Assembly: GCA_002011735.1 (NCBI GenBank)
Contig: MTOQ01000012.1
Location: forward strand, 2,259 to 66,258
From: Nitrospirae bacterium JdFR-81
GTDB lineage: Bacteria > Nitrospirota > Thermodesulfovibrionia > UBA6902
DNA length: 64,000 nucleotides
Direction: 5' to 3'
Shown here: positions 62,126-64,000 of the stretch, piece by piece
Layout: each line of letters begins with the position of its first letter
Position numbering within the stretch: position 1 is the first letter of the stretch
Program-made: the position numbers and the translations under genes
The notes under the pieces: generated by a model
Told to the model about the DNA's origin: nothing
Database searches by the model: none
The model's input: only the letters and a program-made list of their open reading frames with translations

Positions 62126-64000
62126 TCACTTCTCTATCACAACACTCACATCATCAGGCTTGCCCAGTATCTCCACCGTCACATCATCCCCATATCGCCT
62201 CAGCAGGAGATCAAGCTCCCTGCCAGGCGTCACCTTGAGATTTCTGATGTGGATATGATTCAAGAACTCAGGGAGGATCGGCTGTCTGAAGATCACCCTC
62301 TTCATGTCTGCCTCGAAGGACAGACCAAGTGATGCCTGGAGCATGAGGATGAGGGAGCCTGAGGCCCATGTCTGTGGAGAGCAGGCGGCAGGATACAGTG
62401 TAGGAGGCATGCCCTTCCGCCTGTGAAAACCGCAGAATAGCTCGGGCAACCTCTGAAACTCCATAAATAAAGAGGCATCAAACACCGCCGAGAAGACCCT
62501 GAGCATCTCCCTCTTGAAGCCATATGAGGCAAGGCCACAGGCTATAATGGCATTGTCATGGGGCCATATGGATCCATTATGGTATGACATCGGATTGTAA
62601 CGGACCTCATCGGTCGCTATGGTCCTTATGCCCCATCCTGAAAAGAGGCCATCTGACATCAATGTCTGCGCAAGCCTCTTGGCCCTCTCTGTCTTTGCAA
62701 TACCTGTAAACAGGGCGTGCCCTGCTGTGGAGCCCACGACCCTGCAGGGCCTCTTCTGACCATCAAGGGCAAGGACATAACTGCCCAGCCCCTCGTCCCA
62801 GAAGTATCTGTCAAACCTCTCCTTCAGGTCCTCTGCCTCCCTGAATAGCCTGTGTGCCATCTCCTCCATGCCAAGCCTGCCTGCCAGCTCACCTATCCCC
62901 CTCTTCGCTGCATATACATATGCCTGGACCTCACAAAGGGCGATGCCCCCCTTTACAAGTGAGCCATCCTTATGGAAGACCGCATCCCAGGAGTCCCTCC
63001 ACCCCTGGTTTACGAGACCATCCTCATCAGGGACATACTCGACAAAGCCATCGCTGTCTACATCTCCATATCTATCAATCCATGCAAGGGCCTCCTCTAT
63101 ATTCCTCCAGATATGGTTTATGAAGTCGATGTCTCCTGTCCTCTTCCAGTATTCACTTGCAAGGATCAGAAAGAGTGGTGTGGCATCGACACTCCCGTAA
63201 TATACCCTGAAGGGTATCTCACCAAGGTTCGCCATCTCCCCCCTCCTCATCTCATGCACTATCTTGCCAGGCTCCTCAAGCCTCTCCCTGTCGACCTTCC
63301 TGCCCTGATGTCTGGCAAGGTATCTCAGGACATCCCTTGCCATGGATGGATTGACCCAGAGGAATTCAAGTGCGGTGATTATACCATCCCTGCCAAACGG
63401 GGTGGAATACCACGGGACCCCTCCATAGGGGTATACCCCGTTGCCGGTATTTGTGAGCATCATATTCATATCAGATATACCCCTCTTAATGGATTCATTG
63501 AACTGCTCGTTTGAGGTATAGATATATGCACACTCCTTCTTCTCCCTGGCCCTCCTCTTCTGCATCATTGAGAGGGATGACTCAAAATCCGTATCGCCCC
63601 TCTGTCCCCTACCCTCAATACATGTAATCCTGAAATAGATCTCCTCAACCGAATCAGGCCCGAGCCTCATGTTGAATATCATCGTCTTATCTCTGACAGC
63701 AGCAGGCCTCCTGCTGGATGTGATGGACGTCATCCTCTTTATCCCGTCAAGCCCTTCATATACAAACCTCATTCCCCTCCTGCCATACTCGGGCTCATGC
63801 ACCATGCCCCTCTTCCTCCTCTTCACACCCCTGACCTCAAATATATCCATAAAGTCTGCATCCATGAATACCTCGAGCCTAAGCTCGGCAGCCTCCTCAC
63901 TGAAGTTCTTTATCCTCAGATACTCATGACAGTGATTCGCATATATCACCTTTGAACGCATTATGTGGAGGGAGGACCTCCTGACGGTGCCGTTGCCCTG
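62126..64000 (-). CDS. Amylo-alpha-1,6-glucosidase / glycogen debranching-like glycoside hydrolase (5' end outside the window)
   Basis: GVPWYSTPFGRDG, YYGSVDATPLF, NQGWRDS, SYHNGSIWPHD, PELFCG, ACSPQTW. The frame stays open to the window edge. Confidence 0.88.
   Translation of the reverse strand, partial: QGNGTVRRSSLHIMRSKVIYANHCHEYLRIKNFSEEAAELRLEVFMDADFMDIFEVRGVKRRKRGMVHEPEYGRRGMRFVYEGLDGIKRMTSITSSRRPAAVRDKTMIFNMRLGPDSVEEIYFRITCIEGRGQRGDTDFESSLSMMQKRRAREKKECAYIYTSNEQFNESIKRGISDMNMMLTNTGNGVYPYGGVPWYSTPFGRDGIITALEFLWVNPSMARDVLRYLARHQGRKVDRERLEEPGKIVHEMRRGEMANLGEIPFRVYYGSVDATPLFLILASEYWKRTGDIDFINHIWRNIEEALAWIDRYGDVDSDGFVEYVPDEDGLVNQGWRDSWDAVFHKDGSLVKGGIALCEVQAYVYAAKRGIGELAGRLGMEEMAHRLFREAEDLKERFDRYFWDEGLGSYVLALDGQKRPCRVVGSTAGHALFTGIAKTERAKRLAQTLMSDGLFSGWGIRTIATDEVRYNPMSYHNGSIWPHDNAIIACGLASYGFKREMLRVFSAVFDASLFMEFQRLPELFCGFHRRKGMPPTLYPAACSPQTWASGSLILMLQASLGLSFEADMKRVIFRQPILPEFLNHIHIRNLKVTPGRELDLLLRRYGDDVTVEILGKPDDVSVVIEK

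Overview
A dense bacterial chromosomal window (roughly 50% GC by eye, many AGG/ATA codons). Gene content and protein resemblance suggest a sulfate-reducing or sulfur-disproportionating Nitrospirota (Thermodesulfovibrionia-like) organism; this taxonomy is inference. The first 11.4 kb is one minus-strand sulfate-activation cluster: adk-sat-(98-aa ORF)-aprBA-qmoABC-hppA. It includes enzymes for both by-products (AMP and PPi) and has structured intergenic elements. The rest is mostly housekeeping (aspS, rluB, guaAB, surA, purB, nusB-ribH-ribBA-ribE, lepAB, glucokinase, mnmG, rsmA, addAB, uvrB, ispA-dxs-polA, degP). Scattered among these are signalling genes: a Crp/Fnr regulator divergent from a diguanylate cyclase, a HEAT + HD-GYP pair sharing an unnamed N-terminal domain, a PilZ-DUF4388-J-domain-TPR protein, and a stand-alone DacZ-like diadenylate cyclase next to degP. 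Other points of note are a thioredoxin reductase lacking NADPH motifs, an MFS gene broken by three 1-nt deletions, heptamer repeats (one inside aspS) and several apparently leaderless genes. I saw no rRNA, tRNA, CRISPR array, transposase or phage gene. All family calls come from motif recognition by eye; no database was searched.
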